From Candidatus Eiseniibacteriota bacterium (GTDB taxonomy: Bacteria > Eisenbacteria > RBG-16-71-46 > SZUA-252), in the NCBI GenBank assembly GCA_003235575.1, contig QJVW01000148.1, positions 1 to 34,750 on the forward strand: a stretch of DNA of 34,750 nt. Direction: 5' to 3'. Position numbers and translations under genes: made by a program. Under the pieces are notes generated by a model that saw only the letters and a program-made list of their open reading frames with translations, made no database searches and was not told where the DNA came from. Each line of letters begins with the position of its first letter. The stretch's first letter is position 1. Positions 1 to 9,256 of this stretch are shown piece after piece.

Positions 1-780
1 AATCTCGGGTTCGGGATCGTCACCTCCCACGCCTACCGCACGGCGGGAGGCTACCGCGTGACGCTCGAGGCCAGTGATGGGATCGCGGCGGGGCACGCGA
101 CCGCCGACGTGACGGTTCTCCCCGCATTCGACGCGCGCGCCTTTTTCGAGAGCGGACCGGGGCCTATCTCGCTCGATGCGTCCGATGACGATCTTGCCGT
201 GCGGTTCGAGCCGGTCGACGGATCGTTCCTCTCCACCGATGTGGATCCGGATCTCGTCGTCCTACAGGTCATCACGCTGGCGGGAGCACGCATCGACATC
301 CCGACCACGAGGGCGGCGTTGGAGGCCGACGATAGCGACGGAAACGGCGTCGCCGAGTTCGTCGCGTTCTTCCCTCGCGAACCGTTCCGGGAGCTCGCGG
401 CGGCCGGAGCGATTCACGGTCGCACGCGCATGGAGTTGACGGGGTTCCTGTACCGAGGCGGCGGCTACGTCGCGCCCATCGAGGCGACGTTCCTTCGTGC
501 CTCCGCGTTTTCGCTGCAGATCACGCCGAACCCGTTCAACCCCCAGGCGCGGCTCACCATCCAGACGCGAACGGAAGGGGAGGTCAGCGCCACGCTGTTC
601 GACGTCCGGGGCCGACGCGTGCGCGAGGTGATTCGTAACGAGCGACTGAAGGCCGGGCGGCATGACCTGCTCCTCGACGCCCGCGACGACGGCGCCGGTC
701 CACTCGGTTCCGGAGTCTATTTCCTGAGAGTCACGTCGCCGGACGGCGCGATCGTGGGGCGCCTCGTCGTCACCAAGTAG
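1..780 (+). CDS. Secreted protein with C-terminal T9SS/Por-type sorting domain (FlgD-Ig-like). It is 5'-partial: the frame is open to the window edge.
   Basis: The frame of ORF 58..780 stays open back to nt 1. The last ~85 aa (ITPNPFNPQARLTIQT...SGVYFLRVTSPDGAIVGRLVVTK) match the conserved pattern of the Por secretion C-terminal domain (NPFNP...T.I.F...G.H...WDG.D..G..V.SGVYF.R). Confidence 0.55.
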   Translation, partial: NLGFGIVTSHAYRTAGGYRVTLEASDGIAAGHATADVTVLPAFDARAFFESGPGPISLDASDDDLAVRFEPVDGSFLSTDVDPDLVVLQVITLAGARIDIPTTRAALEADDSDGNGVAEFVAFFPREPFRELAAAGAIHGRTRMELTGFLYRGGGYVAPIEATFLRASAFSLQITPNPFNPQARLTIQTRTEGEVSATLFDVRGRRVREVIRNERLKAGRHDLLLDARDDGAGPLGSGVYFLRVTSPDGAIVGRLVVTK

Positions 781-831
781 GGAGGACCGCGCCCATGACG
801 GCGGCGCCCGGTGCCCCGGGCGCCGCCGGGT

Positions 832-1785
832 TCATCCGGCGTCGCGTGACGCCGCGGGTTCGGGGGACGTGGCCATGGAGCGCAGGATGAGGAAGACGCC
901 CAGCACGACGATCGACCCTGTGAGGATCACGCGGCCGGTGATGGGCTCGCCGCCCAGCGCCCACCCCAGGATCACGGCGACGATGGGGTTGACGTAGGCG
1001 TACGTGCCGGCGCGTGACGGTGTGGTCGTCCGGATCAACCACGCGTACGCGGAGAAGGCCACCACCGATCCCAGGAGCACGAGGTAGGCCAGCGAGAACA
1101 GGGACTTCGCGGAGACGACGTCCAGGCGCGCGTGCCTCCACTCCCCGAAGAGCGTCGCGAGCACCAGCGCCACCAGCCCACCCGCCAGCATTTGCATCGC
1201 CGAGGTCTGGATCAACGAGGGCGGGTGGGGGGCGTGCCTGGCGTGGACGGTGCCGTATGCCCAGCCGAGCGGGCAGAGCGCCATCACGATGGCCGCCACG
1301 GGGTCGACGGCGGAGCGTGTGAGCGATTCGCCGGGTCCGATCAAGAGGGCGATGCCCCCGAAACCCAACACCAACCCCGTGATCGCCAAGGGCGTCGGAC
1401 GCTGCCCGCCGCGCCGCGCCCAATCGAGCAGCGCGATCCAGAGGGGAACGGCGGCGACCAGGATGGCGACGATGCCCGACGGCACGCGCTGCTCGGACCA
1501 CGTCACGCCTCCGTTCCCGACGACGAAGAAGAGGGATCCGTACAGCGCGGCGGCCCGCCATTCGGCGGCGCGGGGTCGCCGCGCGCCGCCCCGCAGGACG
1601 CTCCATCCGTAGAGGATGCCTCCGGCCAGTAGGAATCGCACGCCGACCAACGTGAACGGCTGAATCGACTCGATCGCGAATCGGATGACGAGATACGTCG
1701 AACCCCAGATGAGGTAGATGGCGGCGAACGCCAGCACGATCAGCGGCAGGGGGCCCGCGGCGGGGCGCTTGGGTGTCGCGTTCAT
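832..1785 (-). CDS. EamA/DMT-family transporter (putative amino-acid/metabolite exporter)
   Basis: 317 aa, polytopic hydrophobic protein with two EamA-like halves (LIWGSTYLVIRFAIE...). It sits 12 bp downstream of an Lrp/AsnC regulator on the same strand. Confidence 0.8.
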   Translation of the reverse strand: MNATPKRPAAGPLPLIVLAFAAIYLIWGSTYLVIRFAIESIQPFTLVGVRFLLAGGILYGWSVLRGGARRPRAAEWRAAALYGSLFFVVGNGGVTWSEQRVPSGIVAILVAAVPLWIALLDWARRGGQRPTPLAITGLVLGFGGIALLIGPGESLTRSAVDPVAAIVMALCPLGWAYGTVHARHAPHPPSLIQTSAMQMLAGGLVALVLATLFGEWRHARLDVVSAKSLFSLAYLVLLGSVVAFSAYAWLIRTTTPSRAGTYAYVNPIVAVILGWALGGEPITGRVILTGSIVVLGVFLILRSMATSPEPAASRDAG

Positions 1786-1797
1786 GGCGAAACCAGC

Positions 1798-2298
1798 CTA
1801 CCGACCGGGCGTTCGGCGGGCACTCCGCGCCGTGCGCTCAAACTTCGCCCCGGTGGGAATCGGCGCGTGCTCCTTGATCGTCGAGAGCACGATCGTCGTT
1901 CGCGTCGAGCGGATGTTCTTCAGCGCTCCGAACCCCTCGCGGAGAAGCGTCCCCAGCCCCTCCGTGTCCGCGACCCTGACCTTCACGAGATAGCAGTCCT
2001 CCCCGGCGATCTGGTGGACTTCCTGCACTTCCGGTAGCCGGGCGATCTGCCGGCCGGTCTCCAGGCCGCCGATTCGTTCCTCGGAGTGAACGAAGACGTA
2101 CGCGACCAGCCCCGCCCCGAGGGCATGCGGGTCGATCCGCAGGTCGTAGCCGCGAATGACGCCGGTGCGCTCCAGCTTTCGGATCCGCCCCAGGACGGCC
2201 GAGGGCGCCAGCCCGACCTGCCGCGCGATGTCGGCGTTGGCGGTCCGCGCGTTCGCCTGCAGGATGGCGAGGATGAGTCGGTCGGTTGGGTCCAGCAT
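1798..2298 (-). CDS. Lrp/AsnC-family transcriptional regulator
   Basis: 166 aa. N-terminal HTH (LDPTDRLILAILQANARTANADIARQVGLAPSAVLGRIRKLERTGVIRGY) followed by a RAM/AsnC-C ligand domain. Likely co-transcribed with the downstream EamA exporter. Confidence 0.9.
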   Translation of the reverse strand: MLDPTDRLILAILQANARTANADIARQVGLAPSAVLGRIRKLERTGVIRGYDLRIDPHALGAGLVAYVFVHSEERIGGLETGRQIARLPEVQEVHQIAGEDCYLVKVRVADTEGLGTLLREGFGALKNIRSTRTTIVLSTIKEHAPIPTGAKFERTARSARRTPGR

Positions 2299-2437
2299 TG
2301 GGGTTGCCCTCCAGTTTCGAATTTAATTCTGCCACAGTGCCTATCTGGAGAACAACCGTCGTAAATTGCCTGAAATAACCGACGCCATAATCGAAGGACC
2401 GTGACGACGATCGGGCGTAGAATGAACCGGCGGCGCC

Positions 2438-2875
2438 GTGAGGGCGCCGGAAAGGGGGCACATGTTCCTTCTCCTCTTGGTCACGACGCTCGGTGTCGCG
2501 CTTCTGACGTCGGCCGTGGTGGTTGCGTTCTTCAAGAAGCCGATCCGCCAAATCCTCGATCGGATCATCGGGGAGACGATCGCGGAGGGATGGCAGCGGT
2601 TCCTCCTCTTCGCCATCTACGTCGTGGGTGTTTCCTCCGGGGTCCAAATCTGGAAATTGGAGCAGTACGTCCATCCACAGGCGACGGGTCCCGGGGGGCG
2701 CGCGCAGGTCCTGGCGCTGGACGGCGCCTCGCTGGGTCTCGAGATCTATCGCACCATCATCCAGGTCCTGCAGGGCATCGCGTGGGCGCTGCTCGTGTTC
2801 TTCGTCGTCGCCTTGATCGCCTTCGCGATCACGCGCCGGGCGGAATCGCGGCGGGGCGAAGGAGGTGCGCCGTGA
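2438..2875 (+). CDS. Hypothetical small membrane protein (2 predicted TM helices)
   Basis: 145 aa ORF with hydrophobic segments (FLLLLVTTLGVALLTSAVVVAFF; IAWALLVFFVVALIAFAI). Alternative start at ATG 2462. No family recognised. Confidence 0.4.
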   Translation: MRAPERGHMFLLLLVTTLGVALLTSAVVVAFFKKPIRQILDRIIGETIAEGWQRFLLFAIYVVGVSSGVQIWKLEQYVHPQATGPGGRAQVLALDGASLGLEIYRTIIQVLQGIAWALLVFFVVALIAFAITRRAESRRGEGGAP

Positions 2876-2997
2876 GAACGGCGCGTCGCGCCGGGGCGGG
2901 CCTGTTCCTCCTCACCCTCCTACTGGTCGCCTTCGTCGCGACCTGGCTCGCCGCCAACGGCGAGTCGCCGTGCGGCTGGGGGATCTTCCATCCATAG
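2872..2997 (+). CDS. Tiny hydrophobic protein (~41 aa), overlapping the previous stop
   Basis: GTG at 2872 overlaps the TGA stop of the upstream ORF (GTGA). It encodes VRTARRAGAGLFLLTLLLVAFVATWLAANGESPCGWGIFHP with a single TM helix. Low-confidence call. Confidence 0.25.
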   Translation: MRTARRAGAGLFLLTLLLVAFVATWLAANGESPCGWGIFHP

Positions 2998-3064
2998 CCG
3001 CCGGGGGCGCGACGGCGTCGTGGGCGGAACTCCCGCGCCTCGGCGCGCGTAGTACCGCATAGCC

Positions 3065-3685
3065 ATGAACCTGGGACTGATCGGACTCCTCCTCGGCGCG
3101 TCCTTCGCGTCGGGGATCAACCTCTACGCGACGGTCGCGACGCTCGGCCTCCTGCATCGGTTCGACGTGATCGCGCTACCGCCGTCGCTCCACCTCCTCG
3201 CGCATCCGGTGGTGGTGGGGCTGGCGATCGCGCTTTACGTCGTGGAATTCGTCGCGGACAAGGTTCCCGCGGTCGATCACGTCTGGGACGTCGTGCACAC
3301 GTTCGTGCGGCCGCCCGCCGCCGCCCTGCTCGCCTACGCCGCCGTCGCGCCGACGCCGGTCCCCGAAGTATGGCGGCTTGTCGCGGCGCTCCTGGCGGGG
3401 ACGATCGCACTCACCGCCCACGCGACGAAGGCGACCGCGCGCGGCGCGGTCAACGCCAGCCCCGAGCCCGTCAGCCGCGCGGTGATCAGCCTCGGCGAGG
3501 ACGTCCTCGCCGTCAGCGTGGCCTGGCTGGCGGCGACGCACCCCCTCGTCGCGGCCATCGTCGTCGCGCTTCTCCTCGCCGGCTGCGTGACGCTTCTCGT
3601 CGTCTTCGTCCGCGTGGCGCGCGGCCTCTGGCGGCGGCTTCTCGGCCGGCGAAGCACCCCCAACGAAAAACCCGCTCCGATCTAG
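3065..3685 (+). CDS. DUF4126-family integral membrane protein
   Basis: 206 aa. The N-terminus MNLGLIGLLLGASFASGINLYATVATLGLL and later EFVADKVPAVDHVWD / GEDVLAV motifs fit the DUF4126 architecture (Pfam name from memory). Confidence 0.6.
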   Translation: MNLGLIGLLLGASFASGINLYATVATLGLLHRFDVIALPPSLHLLAHPVVVGLAIALYVVEFVADKVPAVDHVWDVVHTFVRPPAAALLAYAAVAPTPVPEVWRLVAALLAGTIALTAHATKATARGAVNASPEPVSRAVISLGEDVLAVSVAWLAATHPLVAAIVVALLLAGCVTLLVVFVRVARGLWRRLLGRRSTPNEKPAPI

Positions 3686-3705
3686 CTCGGAACGGGTCGG
3701 CGATG

Positions 3706-3724
3706 CCGCGCGGCGGGCGCGCGG
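3706..3724. terminator. GC hairpin between convergent genes (possible bidirectional terminator)
   Basis: CCGCGCG-gcggg-CGCGCGG forms a perfect 7-bp stem with a 5-nt loop. It lies between the DUF4126 stop (3685) and the typA stop (3728). No U-tract follows. Confidence 0.3.
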
Positions 3725-3727
3725 GGA

Positions 3728-5548
3728 CTACACCTCGAGCGGCTTCCGCTTGTTGTGGTCGAGGACGCGCTTGCGGATCCGGAGGGCCGCGGGCGTCACC
3801 TCCAGAAGCTCGTCGTCGTTGATCCACTCGATGGCCGACTCGATCGTCAGCTCGCGCGGCGGGGTCAGCACGATGCTCTTCTCGGACGTCGACGCGCGCA
3901 TGTTCGTCAGGTGTTTCTTCCGGCATACCTGGATCACCAAGTCGCCGTCCTTGGGCTGCTCCCCGACGACCTGTCCCGCGTAGACCTTGTCGGTCGGCTT
4001 CACGAAAAAGAGTCCGCGGTCGGAGAGCTGGTCGAGGGCGTAGGCCGTCACGTCGCCGCCTTCCTTGGCGATCATCGCGCCGCGCTTGCGGTGGGGAAGC
4101 GCCCCGCGGTGCGGGCCGTACTCGTCGAACATATGGTTCAGGAGGCCGGTCCCCTTCGTGAGGGTCAGAAACTCCGTCCTGAATCCGAGCAGTCCGCGCG
4201 AGGGGATCGAGAACTCCATCCGCGCGCGGTCGCCGTGCTTGCCCAAATGCTGCAGCTCGCCGCGGCGCTCGCCCAGCGCCGAAATCACCGCGCCGGTGTA
4301 CGCCCCGTCGCAGTCGATCACCAGTTCCTCGTACGGTTCGAGCAGCGTTCCGTCCGCGTCGCGGTGGAAGATCACCTGGGGTCGGCCCAGCGCGAACTCG
4401 AATCCCTCCCGCCGCATCGTCTCCGCCAGGATCGAGAGCGAAAGCTCCCCCCGGCCCATCACGAGGAACGAGTCGACCTCCACCGCGCGTTCCATGCGCA
4501 GGCCCACGTTCCGCTCCAGCTCGCGCTCCAGCCGATCCAGGATGTGCCTGCTGGTGACGTACTTGCCCGAAAGTCCGGCGTGCGGCGAGTCGTTGACGCG
4601 GAACTCCATCGACAGCGTCGGCTCGTCGACCCGGATGCCGTCCAGCGGCTTCGGATCCTCGAGGTCGAGGATCGTCTGTCCGATCTCGATCTTCGGGAAG
4701 CCCGACAGGACCACGATGTCTCCGGCGGCCGCGCGCTCCACCTCCACGCGCTCGATGCCCTGGAAGAGGTAGATCTTGCCGATCCGGCCGCGCTCCACGA
4801 GCGTGCCGTCCGGCTTCATCGCGGCCAGTTCCGTGGCGCGCGTGATCTCTCCGGAATGGATACGACCCACCGCCAACCTGCCGAAATAGTCGGAGTAGTC
4901 GATGTTCGCCACGATCAGCTTGAAGGGAGTGGCTCCGATCGCCGGCGCGGGCACGATGTTCCAGATCGTATCGAGCAGCGGCCGAAGATTGCCGGACGTA
5001 GCGGTCGGGTCCGAGGAGGCGAAGCCCAGCCGGCCGGAACCGTAGAGCACGGGGAATTCGAGGTGGTCATCGTGCGTCGCGAGCGACAGGAAGAGGTCGT
5101 GGATCTCCTCCTCGACCTCCAGGGGGCGCGCGTCGGCGCGATCGATCTTGTTGATCAGCACGATCGGCCGCTTGCCGCTCTCCAGGGCCTTCTTGAGGAC
5201 GAAACGCGTCTGGGGTAGGGGCCCTTCGGCCGCGTCGACCAGGAGCAGCACCCCGTCGACCATCGTGAGGATGCGCTCGACCTCGGAACCGAAGTCGCGG
5301 TGGCCGGGGGTATCGACGATGTTGATGATCGCGTCGTCGTATCGGATCGCCGTGTTCTTGGCGAGGATCGTGATGCCGCGCTCCCGCTCGAGGTCGCCCG
5401 AGTCCATGACGCACTCGGCCACCTGCTGGTTGTCGCGGAAGGTGCCGCTCTGGCGAAGCAGCGCGTCCACGAGCGTCGTCTTCCCATGGTCCACGTGCGC
5501 GACGATGGCGACGGCGCGACGATCGGTTCGTTTCATTAGATCGATCAT
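3728..5548 (-). CDS. typA: Translational GTPase TypA/BipA
   Basis: 606 aa. G1 motif [15 protein letters not shown]-like domain order and a characteristic TypA C-terminus. Length and motifs are unmistakable. Confidence 0.95.
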   Translation of the reverse strand: MIDLMKRTDRRAVAIVAHVDHGKTTLVDALLRQSGTFRDNQQVAECVMDSGDLERERGITILAKNTAIRYDDAIINIVDTPGHRDFGSEVERILTMVDGVLLLVDAAEGPLPQTRFVLKKALESGKRPIVLINKIDRADARPLEVEEEIHDLFLSLATHDDHLEFPVLYGSGRLGFASSDPTATSGNLRPLLDTIWNIVPAPAIGATPFKLIVANIDYSDYFGRLAVGRIHSGEITRATELAAMKPDGTLVERGRIGKIYLFQGIERVEVERAAAGDIVVLSGFPKIEIGQTILDLEDPKPLDGIRVDEPTLSMEFRVNDSPHAGLSGKYVTSRHILDRLERELERNVGLRMERAVEVDSFLVMGRGELSLSILAETMRREGFEFALGRPQVIFHRDADGTLLEPYEELVIDCDGAYTGAVISALGERRGELQHLGKHGDRARMEFSIPSRGLLGFRTEFLTLTKGTGLLNHMFDEYGPHRGALPHRKRGAMIAKEGGDVTAYALDQLSDRGLFFVKPTDKVYAGQVVGEQPKDGDLVIQVCRKKHLTNMRASTSEKSIVLTPPRELTIESAIEWINDDELLEVTPAALRIRKRVLDHNKRKPLEV

Positions 5549-5600
5549 AGCCCATTAGGATAGCACAGGCGCCTTTTCTTGGATATACGGGGGACGCCCG

Positions 5601-5765
5601 GTGCGCGACCCGGTGCTCGAAGCCTCGGTGGCGGTCCCCACCTACGAACCGCGCATCGGCCTGGCCTGGTGGCTCGTGGGAATGGCGCTCGTGACGCTCT
5701 ACTTCGTGATCGCCTACCGCCGTTTCGCCGGCAAGGTGTCGGCCGGGCCGGAAGACGGGGCCTGA
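5601..5765 (+). CDS. Orphan small TM protein (54 aa). Its C-terminal motif resembles the C-terminus of cytochrome bd oxidase subunit II.
   Basis: GTG start with GGGGGA 7 nt upstream. Encodes VRDPVLEASVAVPTYEPRIGLAWWLVGMALVTLYFVIAYRRFAGKVSAGPEDGA. The pattern TM-helix...Y..YRRF.GKV is reminiscent of CydB tails. It could instead be a gene remnant. Confidence 0.25.
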   Translation: MRDPVLEASVAVPTYEPRIGLAWWLVGMALVTLYFVIAYRRFAGKVSAGPEDGA

Positions 5766-5908
5766 CGCGCCGCCAACCTTCTGCCCGCATCGCCGCCCCG
5801 ATCACGTATGATGCTCGTTCACTCGCAACCAACCGGCACGCAGGCGTCGGTCGACGCGCCAGATGCCGTCCCGCCGCCTCGTTGCCCGATCCAAGGAAGG
5901 GGGTTCGC

Positions 5909-6709
5909 ATGAACCGCACGACACATCTCCGCGCGGCCACGCTCCTACTCGCCGCGCTCCTATCGGCCGGATGCGCCACCGTCCCCGCGCAGCACGTCGG
6001 GGTGCTCGAAACGTTCGGCAAGGTGCTTCCGGACACCTGGGCGCCCGGGCTCCACATCTGGGCGCCGTGGATCGGTGTCCACCGGATCAACTGTCGCACG
6101 AACCAACTGGAAGAGCGGACGACCACGCCCACGTCCGAGGGCTTGGTGGTCGGGCTCGACGTCAGCATCGTGTTCCATGCCGAGCCGGAGGCGGCCAAGG
6201 ACATCTACGCGCGCTACGGAGGTCTGGACGGCCTGATCGGCAATGTCCTCGTCCCCGAGTTCCGTTCGGTCGTGCGCGACGTGACGGCCGGTTTCAATGC
6301 CGTCGATCTCTATTCGGGTCGCCGCGCCGAAGTGAGCAGCAAGATGCTCGAGGATCTTCGCCGGCGCATGTCGGATCGCGGCGTGAACATCGAGGCGATC
6401 CTGCTCCGAAACATCGAGCTGCCGAGCCAGGTGGCGAAGGCGGTCGAGGCCAAGCTGGCGGCCGATCAGCAGGCCCAGCAGATGGAGTTCGTGCTTCGCA
6501 AGGAATCGAAGGAAGCGGAGCGCAAGCGGATCGAGGCGCAGGGAATCTCCGATTTCCAGCGGATCGTCAGCGCCGGCATCTCCCCGGCCCTGCTCAAGTG
6601 GAAGGGGATCGAGGCCACGGAAAAGATCGCCAGCTCGCCGAATACCAAGGTCGTCATCGTGGGCTCGGGCAAGGAGGGACTGCCCGTGATCCTGGGAAGC
6701 GACAAATAG
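5909..6709 (+). CDS. SPFH/band-7 (prohibitin-like) lipoprotein
   Basis: RBS AAGGAAGGGGG precedes the ATG at 5909. Signal peptide plus lipobox LLSAGC. Band-7 core (VRDVTAGFNAVDLYS...ILLRNIELPSQVAKAVEAKLAADQQAQQMEF). Confidence 0.8.
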   Translation: MNRTTHLRAATLLLAALLSAGCATVPAQHVGVLETFGKVLPDTWAPGLHIWAPWIGVHRINCRTNQLEERTTTPTSEGLVVGLDVSIVFHAEPEAAKDIYARYGGLDGLIGNVLVPEFRSVVRDVTAGFNAVDLYSGRRAEVSSKMLEDLRRRMSDRGVNIEAILLRNIELPSQVAKAVEAKLAADQQAQQMEFVLRKESKEAERKRIEAQGISDFQRIVSAGISPALLKWKGIEATEKIASSPNTKVVIVGSGKEGLPVILGSDK

Positions 6710-6815
6710 CGAACACCCCGAACATCCGGGAGATGGTCCCGCATCCATGGCGGGCCGGCGGCGTCCAAAGGGCATGACGTCGCCCCCCGCATCTGGACCA
6801 TCTCCCGGAGGCACT

Positions 6816-7760
6816 GTGAATCAGGCGATTCCCGGCTTGCACCACGTCACCGCCATCGCTGGCGACCCGCAGCGGAATCTGGCGTTCTACGCCGGAACCC
6901 TCGGCATGCGCTTCGTGAAGCGGACGGTCAACTTCGACGACCCCGGCACGTACCACTTCTACTATGGAGACGGGGCCGCATCGCCCGGGAGCATCATGAC
7001 GTTCTTCCCGTGGCCGGGGGCGCCCCGCGGTCGCCAAGGGGCGGGCCTGACCACGGCCACGGCGTTCTCCATTCCCGGCGCGTCGCTGGGCTGGTGGGCG
7101 ACACGTCTGAAGGACGCCGGCGTCTCCGTCGACGGGCCCCTGCCCCGGTTCGACGATCAGCTCCTTTCCTTCGACGACCCCGACGGTCTTCGCCTCGAGC
7201 TCGTGGCTACCGCGGCGTCGGATCCGCGGGAGCCGTGGGGAGGGGGATCCGTCCCCGCCGAACACGGAATACGAGGATTTCACGGCGTCACGCTGACGGA
7301 GAACTCCGTCGACAGGACCGCGGCGCTCCTGACGGAGACGCTCGGATTCCGCGCGTCGGGCCAGTCGGGGAACCGGTCCCGGTTCCACGCGGCCGACGCC
7401 GGTCCCGGAACGACGGTCGATCTCCTCCACGATCCGGCGGCGCCGCGGGGGATCGTGGCGGTCGGAACCGTGCATCACGTGGCGTGGCGGGCGCCCGGCG
7501 ACGCCGACCAGGAGCGCTGGCGAAAGACCATCTCCGGTCTTGGCACGCACATCACGCCGATCGTCGATCGCTGCTACTTCCGCTCCACCTATTTCCGGGA
7601 GCCGGGGGGCGTGCTGTTCGAAATCGCCACGGACGGACCGGGGTTCGCCATCGACGAGTCGCCGGAGCGCCTCGGCGAAACCCTGCGGCTGCCGCCTTGG
7701 CTCGAGTCGCGTCGCGCCGAACTGGAGGAGACCTTGCCCGCCATCGAGATCCCGACGTGA
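6816..7760 (+). CDS. Two-domain VOC-family ring-cleaving dioxygenase (MhqA/MhqO-like)
   Basis: GTG at 6816 with GGAG 6 nt upstream. The N-terminus GLHHVTAIAGDPQRNLAFYAGTLGMRFVKRTVNFDDPGTYHFYYGD closely parallels hydroquinone-type ring-cleaving dioxygenases. Second VOC repeat: HHVAWRAP...YFREPGGVLFEIATDGPGF. Confidence 0.75.
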   Translation: MNQAIPGLHHVTAIAGDPQRNLAFYAGTLGMRFVKRTVNFDDPGTYHFYYGDGAASPGSIMTFFPWPGAPRGRQGAGLTTATAFSIPGASLGWWATRLKDAGVSVDGPLPRFDDQLLSFDDPDGLRLELVATAASDPREPWGGGSVPAEHGIRGFHGVTLTENSVDRTAALLTETLGFRASGQSGNRSRFHAADAGPGTTVDLLHDPAAPRGIVAVGTVHHVAWRAPGDADQERWRKTISGLGTHITPIVDRCYFRSTYFREPGGVLFEIATDGPGFAIDESPERLGETLRLPPWLESRRAELEETLPAIEIPT

Positions 7761-8602
7761 GCGATTCTCCGCGTTCGGCGGAGGGGGGCTACGTCCACGG
7801 GACGTCGCCCGAAGAGCAGGCTCGGCTCGGCGTCATGAACCGGATCCTCAACGATCGATCACTCGAGGAGATGGCGCTGGAGGGCGGGGAGCGGATTCTG
7901 GACGTCGGCTCCGGCCTTGGCCACTTCGCGCGGCGGATGCGTCGCGCCGCGGGTCCAGCGGGCCGGGTCGTCGGGATCGAGCGAAGCGAGGCGCAGCGGC
8001 TGGCCGCCTGCCGGCTCGCCGCCGAGGAGCACGACGAGGACGGCGTGGACTTCCGCGCGGGAGACGCGCTGGCGCCCCCGCTGGCGGATGACGAGTGGGG
8101 GACCTTCGACGTGGCCCACACGCGCTTCCTGCTGGAGCACGTCCCCGATCCGGGGGCCGTCGTTCGTCCGATGGTCCGCGCCGTGCGTCCCGGCGGACGC
8201 GTCGTGTTGCAGGACGAGGATCACTCGATCTTCCGCATGTCGCCCTCGCTCCCGGGGCTCGAGGCCGTGTGGGAGGCCTACTACCGATCCTACGAACGAG
8301 CCGGGAACGATCCCTACGTCGGCCGCCGGCTCGTCACGCTGCTCCACGAGGCGGGCGCCATGCCACGGCGCTGCACGTGGATCTTCTTCGGCGGCTGCGC
8401 CGGCATGGAAGTCTTTCCGCTCCTCCTGGAGAATCTGCGCGTCATTCTTCGGGGCGCGAAGGAGACGATCGTGCGTGAAGGTGGGATCACGGAGGAAGCC
8501 TTCGAACGCGCGATGCGCGACTACGCCGTCTGGGGCGCGAGACCCGACGCAGCGTGGTGGTTCGCCCTGGCGTACGCCGAAGGGACGCGACCGGAAGCGT
8601 AG
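7757..8602 (+). CDS. Class I SAM-dependent methyltransferase
   Basis: GTG at 7757 overlaps the dioxygenase TGA (GTGA). SAM-binding motif I ILDVGSGLGHF and a post-I acidic residue GIERSE. The long ORF 7010..8602 is only real from here on. Confidence 0.75.
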   Translation: MSDSPRSAEGGYVHGTSPEEQARLGVMNRILNDRSLEEMALEGGERILDVGSGLGHFARRMRRAAGPAGRVVGIERSEAQRLAACRLAAEEHDEDGVDFRAGDALAPPLADDEWGTFDVAHTRFLLEHVPDPGAVVRPMVRAVRPGGRVVLQDEDHSIFRMSPSLPGLEAVWEAYYRSYERAGNDPYVGRRLVTLLHEAGAMPRRCTWIFFGGCAGMEVFPLLLENLRVILRGAKETIVREGGITEEAFERAMRDYAVWGARPDAAWWFALAYAEGTRPEA

Positions 8603-8614
8603 GGCGGCCGCGGC

Positions 8615-9250
8615 TCAGCCGCGATCGCGGAGCAGACCGCGAAGCAGCATCCCCACCATCGTATCCAACCGTTCCTCCGTGGGTCGTTCCCCCGCATCGC
8701 CGTCACCGCCCCTCCCGATCGCCAGCGCCACCACGCCGTGCATGCCGGCCTCGATCGTCCGCGCGATTTGGTCGGCGGTGGGGGCGTCCCGGCGGAATCG
8801 GCCGGCCTCGGCCGCCTCGGTCACGGTTTCGAGCACGAACGCTCCGATCAAATCCCGTCGGGAGGCGGAGCCGTCCGGCGCGGCGCGCGCCACCTGCTCC
8901 TGGGATCGCGGCGTCAGGAACAGCAGGCGGTAGTGGTGGGGATGGCCCAGCGAGAAGGAAACGAACGCGCGGGCGAGCATGCGGAGTCGCTCGATGGGGT
9001 CGGGCACGCGCGCCAGCACCTTGAACCGGGCGCCGAGGGCCGCGAAGTCCTCCTCGCAGAGGCGCTCGATCAACTGGTTCTTGTCTCGGAAGTGGAAGTA
9101 GAGGGCCGTGGGCGTGTAGGCGATTCGATCGGCGATCGCCCGCATGGTCACGGATTCATAGCCGCTTTCGGCGAACAGATCGCGGGCGGCGTCCAGAATA
9201 CGCCGCCGCATCTCAACCTTCTCTCGTTCACGTCGTTGCGCCGCTTTCAT
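8615..9250 (-). CDS. TetR/AcrR-family transcriptional regulator
   Basis: N-terminal HTH RRRILDAARDLFAESGYESVTMRAIADRIAYTPTALYFHFRDKNQL. An alternative start is the internal ATG at 9211, which has AGAAGG 5 nt upstream. Confidence 0.85.
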   Translation of the reverse strand: MKAAQRREREKVEMRRRILDAARDLFAESGYESVTMRAIADRIAYTPTALYFHFRDKNQLIERLCEEDFAALGARFKVLARVPDPIERLRMLARAFVSFSLGHPHHYRLLFLTPRSQEQVARAAPDGSASRRDLIGAFVLETVTEAAEAGRFRRDAPTADQIARTIEAGMHGVVALAIGRGGDGDAGERPTEERLDTMVGMLLRGLLRDRG

Positions 9251-9256
9251 ATCGTT

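Noticed and set aside
770-1606. 278-aa ORF on the minus strand (Arg/Pro/Gly-rich)
   Set aside because: It overlaps the EamA transporter gene in another frame. The low-complexity R/P/G composition is typical of off-frame translation of high-GC coding DNA.
3755-5218. 487-aa plus-strand ORF
   Set aside because: Antisense to the unmistakable typA gene. Arg/Leu/Asp-rich with no motifs.
7010-7756. N-terminal 249 codons of the 530-aa ORF 7010..8602
   Set aside because: This stretch is out-of-frame read-through across the dioxygenase gene. Only the part from GTG 7757 onward (the methyltransferase) is supported.
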